This document shows, piece after piece, positions 40,401 through 46,927 of a DNA stretch of 64,000 bases. Where the stretch lies: contig JAVHPE010000177.1 of the NCBI GenBank assembly GCA_036170475.1, positions 119,527 to 183,526 of the forward strand, given 5' to 3'. This DNA is from Bacteroidia bacterium. GTDB lineage: Bacteria; Bacteroidota; Bacteroidia; 2-12-FULL-35-15. The notes beneath the pieces were generated by a model. It had not been told where the DNA came from and made no database searches. It saw only the letters and a program-made list of their open reading frames with translations. A program made the position numbers and the translations under genes. Each line of letters begins with the position of its first letter. Position 1 is the first letter of the stretch.

Positions 40401-40815
40401 TATATGGACACCTACAATTGCTCTGGATAATTCAACTAACGCAAACCCTTTTGCTAATCCAATAACTACAACCTCCTATACGGTAACTGTTACTTCTTCG
40501 CAAGGCTGTGTGTCCAGCGATATAATAATAGTAACGGTAGTAGCAAACATTACATTCCCTAATGGTATTTCGCCTAATGGAGATGGATCAAATGATGAAT
40601 GGGTAATAGATAATATTGAACTTTTTCCGAATTCCGTGGTAGAGGTATATAACAGATGGGGAGAATTATTGTTCCAATCAAAGGGATATGTTGAAAAGTG
40701 GAAAGGTATATACAAAGGCAAACCGCTACCGATAGGAACCTATTATTATATTATTAATTTGAATGATCCTTTGTTCCCGGATGCATTTACGGGACCGATT
40801 ACGGTGTTGAGATAA
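28495..40815 (+). CDS. Giant (4106 aa) SprB-like repeat adhesin, T9SS type-B (CHU_C) substrate
   Basis: Signal peptide ending AQ, about 50 Ig-like repeats of several classes, 8 SprB-type repeats, C-terminal FPNGISPNGDGSND...VYNRWG...GTYYYII...GPITVLR. Confidence 0.93.
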   Translation: MHSFTKNIFNKAHIFQLRKTFQIAIAIFFVALSLNLKAQCPPPTLGPVAIATTSSDTICSFIITPIVLTFESGWPGANFNWTQIPTNVSGSADGSGTTIADTLDSYDEINAGTVVYTITPDSAGCPGTPIFVTITVNPKPVVIVTPLTPICSGSNTSTLLSSLVWGTTFTWTVSQSNVLGATDGSGDSIFQVLISTGTFSSVMYSIVPTANGCIGETVNDKVKVNALPSLTLVSDSLLVCQGTNVVSLFYSATGGSPNQYSIDFDIIAEGQLFSDVPISLLPFSPILINVPPGALPGVYNAVLSVNKGACPGASYPITITIMGPPTPANAGPDQTICGADSTTLAADSVISGTGIWTVLSGVGGSFADSSVYNTVFSGTSGTTYVLLWSVLNNPCPPSTSTVTITFNQLPTPANAGPDQTICGSNSAFLWADTVLIGTGNWSILSGIGGSIADSTSNNTTFTGTTGNTYTLLWTVTNDSCASADSITITFNQSPTPANAGPDQIICGADSATLAANQPVLGIGNWSISSGGAGSFANSADSATVFTGTIGNTYVLLWTITNDSCASSDSVTITFTQFPTPANAGPDQTICGADSTTLAANEPIVGIGNWSISSGLGGSLANPADSASEFYGTDGNTYVLVWTISNDSCVSPDSVTITFSSKPLLLTWAQSICRPDSTIDITDSIVTFGSTPGLTYTYFIDAGADTVYTTPWAATADTYYIVGTLGAGCTDTATVTVTLNDSAIVKTNPQLVCSPATVDLTDSLVTLGSSAGLTFTYFMDSSATDSILNPTQVGSGTYYIVGETVYGCRDTAAVVVTVRLASVVTVPQFACFPGTINLTDTAVTSGSTPGLWFLYYTDSTITTFLIPPITDTTGTYWIVGSDGTCKDTAAVTVTINPKPTVFTTPPPAVCAPATIDLTLPAVTAGSTDSLTFTYYTSLTPPIHTADSTAITTSNWYFIVGTTSMGCSDTTPVYVTITPKPVINTVNQVRCSPTKVDLSAPAVTWGSTPWGGLTYTYFADSLLTVPILFPAYLAVDSGTYYIVGTTFGGCKDTASVKVTIKISPIVLTTPPPSACFPPTTIDLTDTSITSGSTAGLSYTYYTSFLPPTHTNDSTSVFSGTYFIVGTAGSGCSDTTSVTVAVNATPNVNTVPLALCDSLTVDLTDPAVTDGSTSGLTFTYLSDSLGTMIPIPDPTQVGAGTYYIVGTTPQGCSDTTAITVDTMPTVTTSPIDQCFPDTTTNLYWSIAFGSTTPGLTFTYFSDSLGTMVPVLGADTATALVGNYYIVGTTPGGCADTTPVSFAVHELPVVYLTDLEVCAPSTVNLSDAIVADSTTSGLWFSYYNSGFAWIGFPAYTMVGSAGIYYIRGTTGWGCSDLEPVNVIIDTQPTLKTHDQNVCQPVSTVDLTDSIITWGSDPGLTYSYYSTFFPPIPVLDPTQVGAGTYWIVGTAVGGCSDTAAVTININIKPNVNTNPQSTCFPGTIDLTLNAVTLGSSWFISVFTYLDSANTPIPPPTAISVSGTYNIIGTTGAGCSDTTSVSVTINPKPDLVATAPTLCFPSLTVDLTDTAITSGSSANLIPPGIPFTYWWDSGASVSLNSPDQAVAGPTYYIVGVTAAGCRDTASITFLVNPKPVVFTVSQQLCRPDTTFNLTLPSATAGSDAALTFTYFTNDTVPIGFPADTMVGPGSYWIVGTAATGCSDTVAINISLNAKPILFINDPAPICSPGSADLTLSGVTMGSTGGLTLSYYTDSLATFVFNTPDSALAGTYYIVGTTLTGCTDTAAVTVTVNSNSNLDSVAGSPTLCMLDSTTFIAYGVVLGGGTGTWSSNDTLVATVSGTGMVTGVGVGNCDIIYTILGGCSGTKKDSANITISTSPTVGFTVSPNDSICLGASVTLSGTGAISYVWTGGVLDNVAFTPLVTGSYTVTGTAFGCSDTAIATITVNPTIPIVGFTAFPNDSICYGDSVTLAGTGAISYVWTGGITNGVAFLATNATYTVTGTDAFGCTDTAVVTITVNPLPTVNFIVTPNDTICSGASVTLSGTGAISYVWTGGITDALAFTPLVPDSYTVTGTDAFGCSDTAVATIMLNGLPTIGFTASPNDSVCFGDSVTLFGTGAISYVWTGGITNGVTFLATNATYTVTGTDAFGCSDTAVATITVNPLPTIGFTAIPNDSICLGSSVTLLGTGATSYAWTGGVINGAAFSPVTTDTYSVTGTDALGCTNTATATITVNLPDSATFFYSLLTYCKSDPINPTPTIWGLSGGIFSSTPGLVFISTDSGKINLAASTLGTYNITYTTNGSCPNSSIFSITITSGFSATFTYDSVAYCQGGNPNPSPVFPLGSSAGIFTASPAGLVFVDTTTGEINLTLSSPGNYTVKDSIPASGGCIYAVATSTVTITALPVATFTYVDTSYCQNAGNPLPTFSGGGVAGVFSSTPGLVFVSTTTGQIDLAASSAGTYTVTNTIAPSGGCAAVVATFDIKITALPVATFSYTGTPYCQNVANPFPTFPPGGSSGIFSAVPSGLVFVSTATGQVDLAASNPGAYIVTDSIPAAGGCPAVTSTTPITIITLDSAAFSYPLSTYCKTGANPIATITGLPGGTFTALPAGLVFLNPTTGLIDLTASAENTYTISYLTNGLCPNTATFSLTITSTPNATFNYSSPSYCQGGGSNPSPIFLPGASAGIFSAMPAGLVFVSTLTGQIDLTASAAGNYSVTNFIAASGGCLANSFSLPVTINAIDDPSFNYPLSTYCPTGSDPTAAITGLSGGTFTALPAGLVFINNTIGLIDLSASATATYIITYTTNGSCPATATFSLTITSTPNTAFSYAGPYCQGGNPNPSPTFLPGASAGIFSAIPAGLVFVNTNTGQIDITASATGTYIVKNLISAGGCPADSSINAVTINGAPTIAVAGPDQIGFATCGQTTVTLAANAAIVGTGNWSIFSGGAGSFADPTDTATIFTGTAGATYVLIWTISNNPCTASTDSVTIKFNQAPTVADAGPDQTDSATCGLTSVTLSANMPGIGTGSWSVFSGAGGSFVDPTDSATVFSGTAGSSYVLLWTITNICGSSIDSVKIKFNQNPTIAVAGPNQTGSSTCGLTSVTLAANAPIVGTGSWSIFSGIGGNLALVTNPVTAFTGVSGSTYVLVWTITNAPCVSTDSVTITFNPMPTVVTNAPAAVCSPATVDLTLPAVTATSTVGLTFTYFTDSTATIHIADSSAVATSGTYYIVGTTAAGCTDTTAVTVTVHQSPSVTLTKTDLACFNVCTGTAIATVIGGAPVYTYVWSSGTNDTSVSTTDTITGLCAIGYTVTVTDANTCSDTDSINITQPPQISANITTTNVSCNGICDGASLVVPTGGTVPFTFAWNTGAIDSAIVGLCTGTYTVIVTDSMSCSVALTDTIFSAPPILSNAVISNATCGLCDGQITLAPTGGIIPYTFLWGNNDTTDVVSNLCAGLYSVNITDSSGCLAHFSIPISNPGGPISAVITGTNLNCYDQCIGTATIDTVIGGTAPYSYLWIPGGQTAAMIPNLCAGVYYVEIADSNGCSLMDSVTITQPAPILANQFVTAVTACDSCNGSIFIAPTGCGGSYSVVWMPGGQTTDTIINLCAGMYTVAISGSLGCTQNVVIPVNSPNGPALTTSTTSLLCHDSCNASASVLAIGVSPFSYLWSDPAPQQTSSIATDLCAGNYLVQVTDNVNCVSFASVVITNPAPIGFAFANVIDPLCYGSSNGSIAVIPNGGVLPYSFVWSPNISTNSDTALNLSDGLYTVTITDMNGCIAIDSNTLVNPDSLTISHNVTPASCNTTPNGAIGINVGGGTPGYDYSWSPNVSTVDTASNLYTGLYTVTVTDTNGCTIADAITLLSTITIIADAGNDTMFCEPGSMILNAEGSSNNVINYQWYQILLPSDSLIGSVVDITTTPPVGSTTYYVVVDTIGCSNSDTVVVTANPLPVANAGADVTILENTGTIIGGNPTGPTGSTYIWTPTIALDNSTNANPFANPITTTSYTVTVTSSQGCVSSDIIIVTVVANITFPNGISPNGDGSNDEWVIDNIELFPNSVVEVYNRWGELLFQSKGYVEKWKGIYKGKPLPIGTYYYIINLNDPLFPDAFTGPITVLR

Positions 40816-40874
40816 AAGCCCCTTCCGCTTTGCACAGACAACAGGGAAGTTAATTGAAAGATACAAAAAGATAA

Positions 40875-41981
40875 ATGAAAAATAGTAAATATAAAATTAG
40901 CATAATCCAAAGCCCTTCCTTTGCGAGGATTGGGCGAGGCTTTCTTTTGGTATGCGTGTTGGGTCTCCTTCCCTTTGGCGAGGCAGGAAAGGGCTTCGCC
41001 CAGCAGTTGCCACAATACACTAATTACATGCTTAATAATTATGTGATGAATCCTGCCGTTGCCGGAAATAATAATTATTTTGAAGGAGTATCAAATAATC
41101 GTTATCAATGGGTTGGAATTACGGATGCGCCGCGCACCTACATATTAAGTGTGTGTGGTCCAACTAAATCATTAAATGTTGGCTTAGGTGGGTTGATGTT
41201 TACTGATATTGTAGGTCCTACCCGCAGGACTGGTTTTTACCTTTCGTATGCTTATCATATTAAAGTGGCGGAAAAAATAAAAGTGTCAATGGGCTTATCG
41301 GGAGGTGTTTTGCAATTTATGGTTGATGCTTCGAAAATTACGTTACGCGATCCTTCTGATGTAGCGTTTAGCACTGGCCTGCAATCAGTAATAGCTCCTG
41401 ATTTTGGTGCGGGCGTTTATGCATACTCAACTGATAAAAAATGGTATGCCGGAGCAAGTATGCCTCAAATATTGCAGAACAAAATTAATTTTTTTGAAAA
41501 TTCTACCTCCAAATTAAGCAAGCTGGCAACACACTTTTATATTACGGGTGGATATAAATATAATTTAAACGATAATTTTACATTAGAACCCTCTGCTCTG
41601 ATAAAATTCGTAAAGCCAGCGCCTGTTCAATTTGACCTCGGTTTGCGTGCCCTCTATAAAGAAAAAATGTGGATAGGCGCCTCTTATCGCTACTTAGATG
41701 CTGTTTCTGTAATGATTGGTTATACCATGCAGGAAAATCTAACTTTTGCTTATGCCTACGATTTTACGACTTCAAATATCCGGAAATACAGTACAGGAAC
41801 CCATGAGTTAATGATTGGAATCAAATTTCATAAAGTGGATAAAGTAGTAAAAGTTGAGGAACTCCAAAAAGTGGAAGAACAGGAAAAAGTAGAAAAAGGA
41901 AAAAAATCGGAAAAAGGAAAAAAGGTAGAAAAACCTGTGAAACCAGAAAAAGGAAAAAAACCAGAAAAAGAGAAAAAATAA
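40875..41981 (+). CDS. PorP/SprF-family T9SS outer-membrane protein
   Basis: AQQLPQYTNYM.N...NPAVAG, RYQWVGI.DAPRT, YAYH, PDFGAG, LEPS, YAYD, GTHE. Immediately follows a type-B CTD gene. Confidence 0.93.
   Translation: MKNSKYKISIIQSPSFARIGRGFLLVCVLGLLPFGEAGKGFAQQLPQYTNYMLNNYVMNPAVAGNNNYFEGVSNNRYQWVGITDAPRTYILSVCGPTKSLNVGLGGLMFTDIVGPTRRTGFYLSYAYHIKVAEKIKVSMGLSGGVLQFMVDASKITLRDPSDVAFSTGLQSVIAPDFGAGVYAYSTDKKWYAGASMPQILQNKINFFENSTSKLSKLATHFYITGGYKYNLNDNFTLEPSALIKFVKPAPVQFDLGLRALYKEKMWIGASYRYLDAVSVMIGYTMQENLTFAYAYDFTTSNIRKYSTGTHELMIGIKFHKVDKVVKVEELQKVEEQEKVEKGKKSEKGKKVEKPVKPEKGKKPEKEKK
41831..41978 (+). repeat. 18-bp (hexapeptide) Lys/Glu repeat tail of the PorP/SprF protein
   Basis: KVDKVV KVEELQ KVEEQE KVEKGK KSEKGK KVEKPV KPEKGK KPEKEK. 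Confidence 0.85.
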
Positions 41982-42013
41982 TTTTTTCGGAATACTGATT
42001 AATTTGATATCTA

Positions 42014-44767
42014 TTAACCCCCAATCATCTTTTTTATTTCATTGAGTTTCATTAGTGCTTCAATCGGTGTTAAGGTATTAATATCTGTTTTCTGAAGCTC
42101 CTCTTTAATATTTTCCAAAACAGGATCGTTTAACTGAAAAAAACTTAATTGCAGATTTTCTGTATTTTGTTTGTTACCGATAGCGGGTACAAAACCATCT
42201 TGATTTCTGACTCTTGATTCTTGGCTCTTAGAATTTGAAACATCGAAACTGGAACCCTCTTCTTTTCTGCCCGAACCACCGATTCCCGATTCTTTTCCTT
42301 CACGTTCTCCTTCTAATTGAGCAAGTATTTGATTGGCTCTGTCCAATACTTTTTTGGGCATTCCAGCCATTTTTGCAACATGAATACCAAAGCTGTGTTC
42401 GCTTCCACCGGGAACCAGTTTGCGGGTAAACAATATTTTATTATCAATTTCTTTTACTGAAACACTAAAGTTTTTGATACGACGCATTGAATTTGTCATT
42501 TCATTTAATTCATGATAATGAGTGGCAAACAATGTTTTCGCTTTTACAGAAGGATTTTCATGAATAAACTCTGCAATTGCCCAGGCAATAGAAATTCCAT
42601 CATAGGTACTGGTTCCTCTGCCTATTTCGTCCAGCAATATTAAACAGCGGTTGGAAAGATTATTTAAGATACTTGCAGTTTCATTCATTTCCACCATAAA
42701 GGTGGATTCTCCCGATGAAATATTATCGGATGCGCCAACACGAGTAAATATTTTATCAACCAAGCCTAAATTGGCGTGCTTTGCAGGCACAAAACTCCCA
42801 ATCTGTGCCATCAGCACTATTAATGCAGTTTGCCTTAAAAGAGCTGATTTTCCTGACATGTTAGGTCCGGTAATGATAATTATTTGTTGCTTTTGGTTAT
42901 CCAGATAAATATCATTGGCAATATATTCTTCGCCGATAGGCAATTGTTTTTCAATTACCGGATGTCGACCATCTTTAATATCTAATATGTCATTTTCGAA
43001 AAGATGAGGACGAACATAATTATTTTTTTGAGCTATTGCTGCGAAAGATATTAAGCAGTCCAACCGCCCTATTAATGAAGCATTCAACTGAATCACAGAA
43101 ATGTAATCCATTAACCAGATTACTAAATCGTTAAATAATTTTATCTCCAGTGTTACAATTTTTTCTTCGGCGCCTAAAATTTTCTCTTCGTATTCTTTCA
43201 ACTCCGGTGTGATGTATCGTTCGGCAGTGGTAAGTGTTTGTTTGCGCATCCAGCTACCCGGCACTTTATCTTTATGAGTATTGGTTACTTCCAGATAATA
43301 ACCATACACATTGTTAAATGCCACTTTCAGGGAAGTTATCCCCGTAAGTTCGCTTTCACGTTGTTGTATCTGCAATAAATAATCCTTACCCGAATACGCA
43401 ATTTTGCGCAAGTCATCCAACTCGGCATTAACCCCTTCAGCAATTACATTTCCTTTAGCAACAAGGTAAGGAGGATCGGGCATGATTTCTTTTTCGATGC
43501 GATCAATAACCAGTTTGCAAGGATTAAGTTGCTCGGCTATTTTTTGTAAGGAAGGATGTTTTGATTTTTCGCAAGCATTTTTTATTGGTTCAATGGCTGT
43601 TAAAGCACGTTTCAATTGCACAACTTCCTTTGGCGAGATACGGGCTGTTGCCACCTTTGAAATGATACGCTCCAAATCACCAATTAATTCAAGCTGTTCT
43701 GTGATACACCTGCTTGTTTCCTGGTTTGATAAAAAATAATCCACTACCTCCAATCGTTCTTCAATAGAAATTTTATCTTTCAATGGCAATGCCAACCAGC
43801 GTCTTAACATTCGCGAACCCATTGGAGAAACTGTTTGATCAATTACATCAATCAGTGTTTTTGCATTATCGTTTTGCGAATTAAATAACTCTAAATTGCG
43901 AATGGTAAACCTATCCAGCCAAACATATTTTTCCTCTTCAATACGTGAAATGGTGGTAATGTGTTTTACTTTATCATGGGCGGTATCAGCAAGATAATGC
44001 AACGCGGCGCCGGCTGCAATAATGCCTTGTTTCAGGTTTTCGATCCCAAAGCCTTTTAACGATTTGGTATCAAAATGTTTTAATAATAAATCGTTACCAA
44101 ACTCAGAAGTAAATGCCCAGTCGTCCAATCCGTAAGTATAGAATTTTTCGCCAAATGTTTCAGTAAATAATTTTTTTTTGTTTTTTTGAAATAGAACCTC
44201 GCTTGGGCGGAAGCTTTGTAAAAGTTTATCAATATATTCAAGATTGCCTTCTGCTACTAAAAATTCGCCTGTAGAAACATCAAGAAAGGAAACACCACCT
44301 TCAACCTCCCTCTCCTTTGGAGAGGAGCTGGGGCTGAGGTATACACTCGCTAAAAAATTATTTGATTTATGCTCAAGCACTTTATCATTATAAGAAACAC
44401 CCGGAGTTACCAACTCTGTAACGCCTCTCTTTACAATAGTTTTAGTCAATTTTGGATCTTCCAGTTGGTCGCAAATAGCGACACGATATCCGGCACGCAC
44501 TAATTTAGGGAGGTAAGTATCTAAGGAATGGTAGGGAAACCCTGCTAATTCAATAAAAGTAGCATAACCATTCGCTCTTTTGGTAAGTACAATGCCAAGT
44601 ATATTAGCTGTTTTTACCGCATCACTCCCAAAAGTTTCATAAAAATCACCTACACGAAACAATAATAAGGCATCAGGATATTTTGCCTTGATAGCATTAA
44701 ACTGTTTCATAAGCGGAGTTTCGCTTTCAGAAGTTGTTGTTTGGGTTGCCGCTTTATTCTTTGCCAT
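42014..44767 (-). CDS. mutS: DNA mismatch repair protein MutS
   Basis: [55 protein letters not shown]. Confidence 0.98.
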   Translation of the reverse strand: MAKNKAATQTTTSESETPLMKQFNAIKAKYPDALLLFRVGDFYETFGSDAVKTANILGIVLTKRANGYATFIELAGFPYHSLDTYLPKLVRAGYRVAICDQLEDPKLTKTIVKRGVTELVTPGVSYNDKVLEHKSNNFLASVYLSPSSSPKEREVEGGVSFLDVSTGEFLVAEGNLEYIDKLLQSFRPSEVLFQKNKKKLFTETFGEKFYTYGLDDWAFTSEFGNDLLLKHFDTKSLKGFGIENLKQGIIAAGAALHYLADTAHDKVKHITTISRIEEEKYVWLDRFTIRNLELFNSQNDNAKTLIDVIDQTVSPMGSRMLRRWLALPLKDKISIEERLEVVDYFLSNQETSRCITEQLELIGDLERIISKVATARISPKEVVQLKRALTAIEPIKNACEKSKHPSLQKIAEQLNPCKLVIDRIEKEIMPDPPYLVAKGNVIAEGVNAELDDLRKIAYSGKDYLLQIQQRESELTGITSLKVAFNNVYGYYLEVTNTHKDKVPGSWMRKQTLTTAERYITPELKEYEEKILGAEEKIVTLEIKLFNDLVIWLMDYISVIQLNASLIGRLDCLISFAAIAQKNNYVRPHLFENDILDIKDGRHPVIEKQLPIGEEYIANDIYLDNQKQQIIIITGPNMSGKSALLRQTALIVLMAQIGSFVPAKHANLGLVDKIFTRVGASDNISSGESTFMVEMNETASILNNLSNRCLILLDEIGRGTSTYDGISIAWAIAEFIHENPSVKAKTLFATHYHELNEMTNSMRRIKNFSVSVKEIDNKILFTRKLVPGGSEHSFGIHVAKMAGMPKKVLDRANQILAQLEGEREGKESGIGGSGRKEEGSSFDVSNSKSQESRVRNQDGFVPAIGNKQNTENLQLSFFQLNDPVLENIKEELQKTDINTLTPIEALMKLNEIKKMIGG
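44304..44340. repeat. REP-like palindrome in-frame within mutS
   Basis: acctc-CCTCTCC-ttt-GGAGAGG-agctggggct-gaggt, read on the minus strand as [12 protein letters not shown]. Confidence 0.8.
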
Positions 44768-44856
44768 CTTTGGTAAAAATACAAAACCTATTTACACCGT
44801 CAATGCAAAGTTTTTAACACTTTTTCAGCATTTGTTTTATAGCTTTGCTTTTGAAA

Positions 44857-46305
44857 ATGAGTCTAAATTCAGAACATAGCTCCTATCAACATTATTTCAG
44901 GTATAAAGTCATTACCGATATTCGGTTTTGGATTGTATTGTTTTTTATTTTACGCATCTATGGCGTTACTAATGCCCCATTGGAGATTGGTCATAACTGG
45001 CGTCAGTCATTAACCAATATGATTGCCCGCAATTTTTTGGAAATTGATACTAATATTCTATATCCCCGGATAGATATGGATGGTAATAAAACCGGAATCA
45101 TTGGCTCAGAGTTTCCATTATTTAATTATTTGATTTATCTATCTGCAAAAATTTTTGGCTATGCTCACTGGTATGGACGGCTTATAAATTTGATTGTTTC
45201 CTCTATTGGAATATTTTATTTCTATAAAATAATAAAACGTTTTTTTACCGAACCCATTGCTTTTTATGCATCGTTGTTATTATTATCCTCCATCTGGTTT
45301 GCTTTTTCAAGGAAATCAATGCCCGACACCTTTTGTATGTCACTTGTTATCATTGGCATTTATTACGGGCTTGTTTATTTGTATGATAAACGAAAACTGA
45401 GCCTGTTTTTGTTTTTTATCTTTTCTTCAATCGGTGTTTTGTGTAAGATACCAGCATTGTATTTATTGAGTGTGCTTGTAATTCCATTTTTTGATAAACA
45501 AATTTCATTTTCGCTTAAACGAAACATAGCAATAGCAGGTATATTTATTTTAATAATTACTTATGCCTGGTATTTTTATTGGGTTCCGCATTTGCTCGTT
45601 ACTTATGGTTTTCAATTGTATTTTCCAAAAGAATTTAGAGAAGGATTAAATGAACTTGTTGCTTACGCACCCAAAACATTTGAGAAATTTTATTTCAGTG
45701 CTTTGCAAAGCTTTTTAGGGTTTGTAGCATTTCTGGCGGGTATTTATTTTATTGTTAAACGGAAGCAAATAAAGTTGCTGGCGGTTTTTATTGTTGCCAC
45801 ATTATTCTTTATCCTGTTTATTTTCAAAACTGGATTTGTATTTTCGATTCACAATTATTACGTGATACCTTTTGTCCCAATAATGGCATTGGTGGCTTCA
45901 TTTGCTTTGAATGAAATAAAAAATGTAAAGATTAAAACAGGCTTGATTATTTTAATGATGATGGAAGGTATTTTAAATCAACAGCATGATTTCAGGATTA
46001 AAGAGTCGGAAAAATATATGCTGGCGATGGAATCCGTTGCCGACAACGTGTCGGATAAAAATGATTTATTCGCAATAAACGGAGGGCAAAGCCCGCAACA
46101 AATTTATTTTCTGCATCGCAGAGGCTGGTCTACAGATAATGATTCGTTGGCGGATTCAGCCTATATACAGCGTTTAAAAGAAAAGGGCTGTAAGTTTCTT
46201 TTTATAAATAAAAGAAATATAACCGCTAAAAAAATCCAAAGACCCACTGAAGAGGTAGTCTATAATGATGAAAATTTTGTAGTCTATTCATTAAAATCAA
46301 AATGA
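44857..46305 (+). CDS. ArnT/PMT-like (GT39/GT83, GT-C fold) membrane glycosyltransferase
   Basis: HNWRQ..T...ARNF, EFP, GRL, SR..MPD, CKIP, HNYY. TAGCTTTG at 44840-44847 favours ATG 44857 over TTG 44845. Confidence 0.8.
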   Translation: MSLNSEHSSYQHYFRYKVITDIRFWIVLFFILRIYGVTNAPLEIGHNWRQSLTNMIARNFLEIDTNILYPRIDMDGNKTGIIGSEFPLFNYLIYLSAKIFGYAHWYGRLINLIVSSIGIFYFYKIIKRFFTEPIAFYASLLLLSSIWFAFSRKSMPDTFCMSLVIIGIYYGLVYLYDKRKLSLFLFFIFSSIGVLCKIPALYLLSVLVIPFFDKQISFSLKRNIAIAGIFILIITYAWYFYWVPHLLVTYGFQLYFPKEFREGLNELVAYAPKTFEKFYFSALQSFLGFVAFLAGIYFIVKRKQIKLLAVFIVATLFFILFIFKTGFVFSIHNYYVIPFVPIMALVASFALNEIKNVKIKTGLIILMMMEGILNQQHDFRIKESEKYMLAMESVADNVSDKNDLFAINGGQSPQQIYFLHRRGWSTDNDSLADSAYIQRLKEKGCKFLFINKRNITAKKIQRPTEEVVYNDENFVVYSLKSK

Positions 46306-46311
46306 GTCCGT

Positions 46312-46839
46312 ATGCGAAAATTATTAAATGAAGAATTAAATCGAAAATCGGTGGATGAATTTAAGCAAGCCTCCAAAACACCTATTATTATTGTACTTGA
46401 CAATGTGCGAAGCTTGAATAATGTTGGTTCTGTTTTCAGAACTGCGGACGCATTTTTAGTTGAAGCAGTTTATCTGTGTGGCATAACAGGCTGTCCGCCC
46501 AATAAGGATATTCAAAAAACAGCATTAGGTTCAACCGAAAGTGTTGCCTGGAAATATTTTAAAACTACGATAGATGCGGTTGAAGAATTGAAGCAAAATA
46601 ATTACAAGGTATACGCTATTGAGCAAACGGAATCTGCAATTATGTTAAATGATTTTATGCCTGTTAGGATGCAGAAGCTTGCCATTATTTTTGGCAACGA
46701 AGTAAAAGGTGTGCAGCAGGAAGTGATTGATGCAAGTGTAGGTGTTATTGAAATACCACAGGTTGGTACTAAACACTCTATCAATATCGCAGTTAGTGTT
46801 GGTGTGGTTATCTGGGATTTATTTCAGAAAATGCTTTGA
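46312..46839 (+). CDS. TrmH/SpoU family RNA methyltransferase
   Basis: LDNVRS.NNVGSVFRTADA, FGNEVKG, EIPQ.G.KHS.N.AV. Confidence 0.92.
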   Translation: MRKLLNEELNRKSVDEFKQASKTPIIIVLDNVRSLNNVGSVFRTADAFLVEAVYLCGITGCPPNKDIQKTALGSTESVAWKYFKTTIDAVEELKQNNYKVYAIEQTESAIMLNDFMPVRMQKLAIIFGNEVKGVQQEVIDASVGVIEIPQVGTKHSINIAVSVGVVIWDLFQKML

Positions 46840-46869
46840 TTTATTTGATGTTAATTAACCCTTCCAAAT

Positions 46870-46904
46870 AAAAACGTCCCGCAAAAAAATTGCGGGACGT
46901 TTTT
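46870..46904. terminator. Bidirectional intrinsic terminator
   Basis: aaaaaCGTCCCGCAA-aaaaa-TTGCGGGACGttttt between convergent genes. Confidence 0.9.
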
Positions 46905-46927
46905 GCAATAAATAGGATATATTATTT

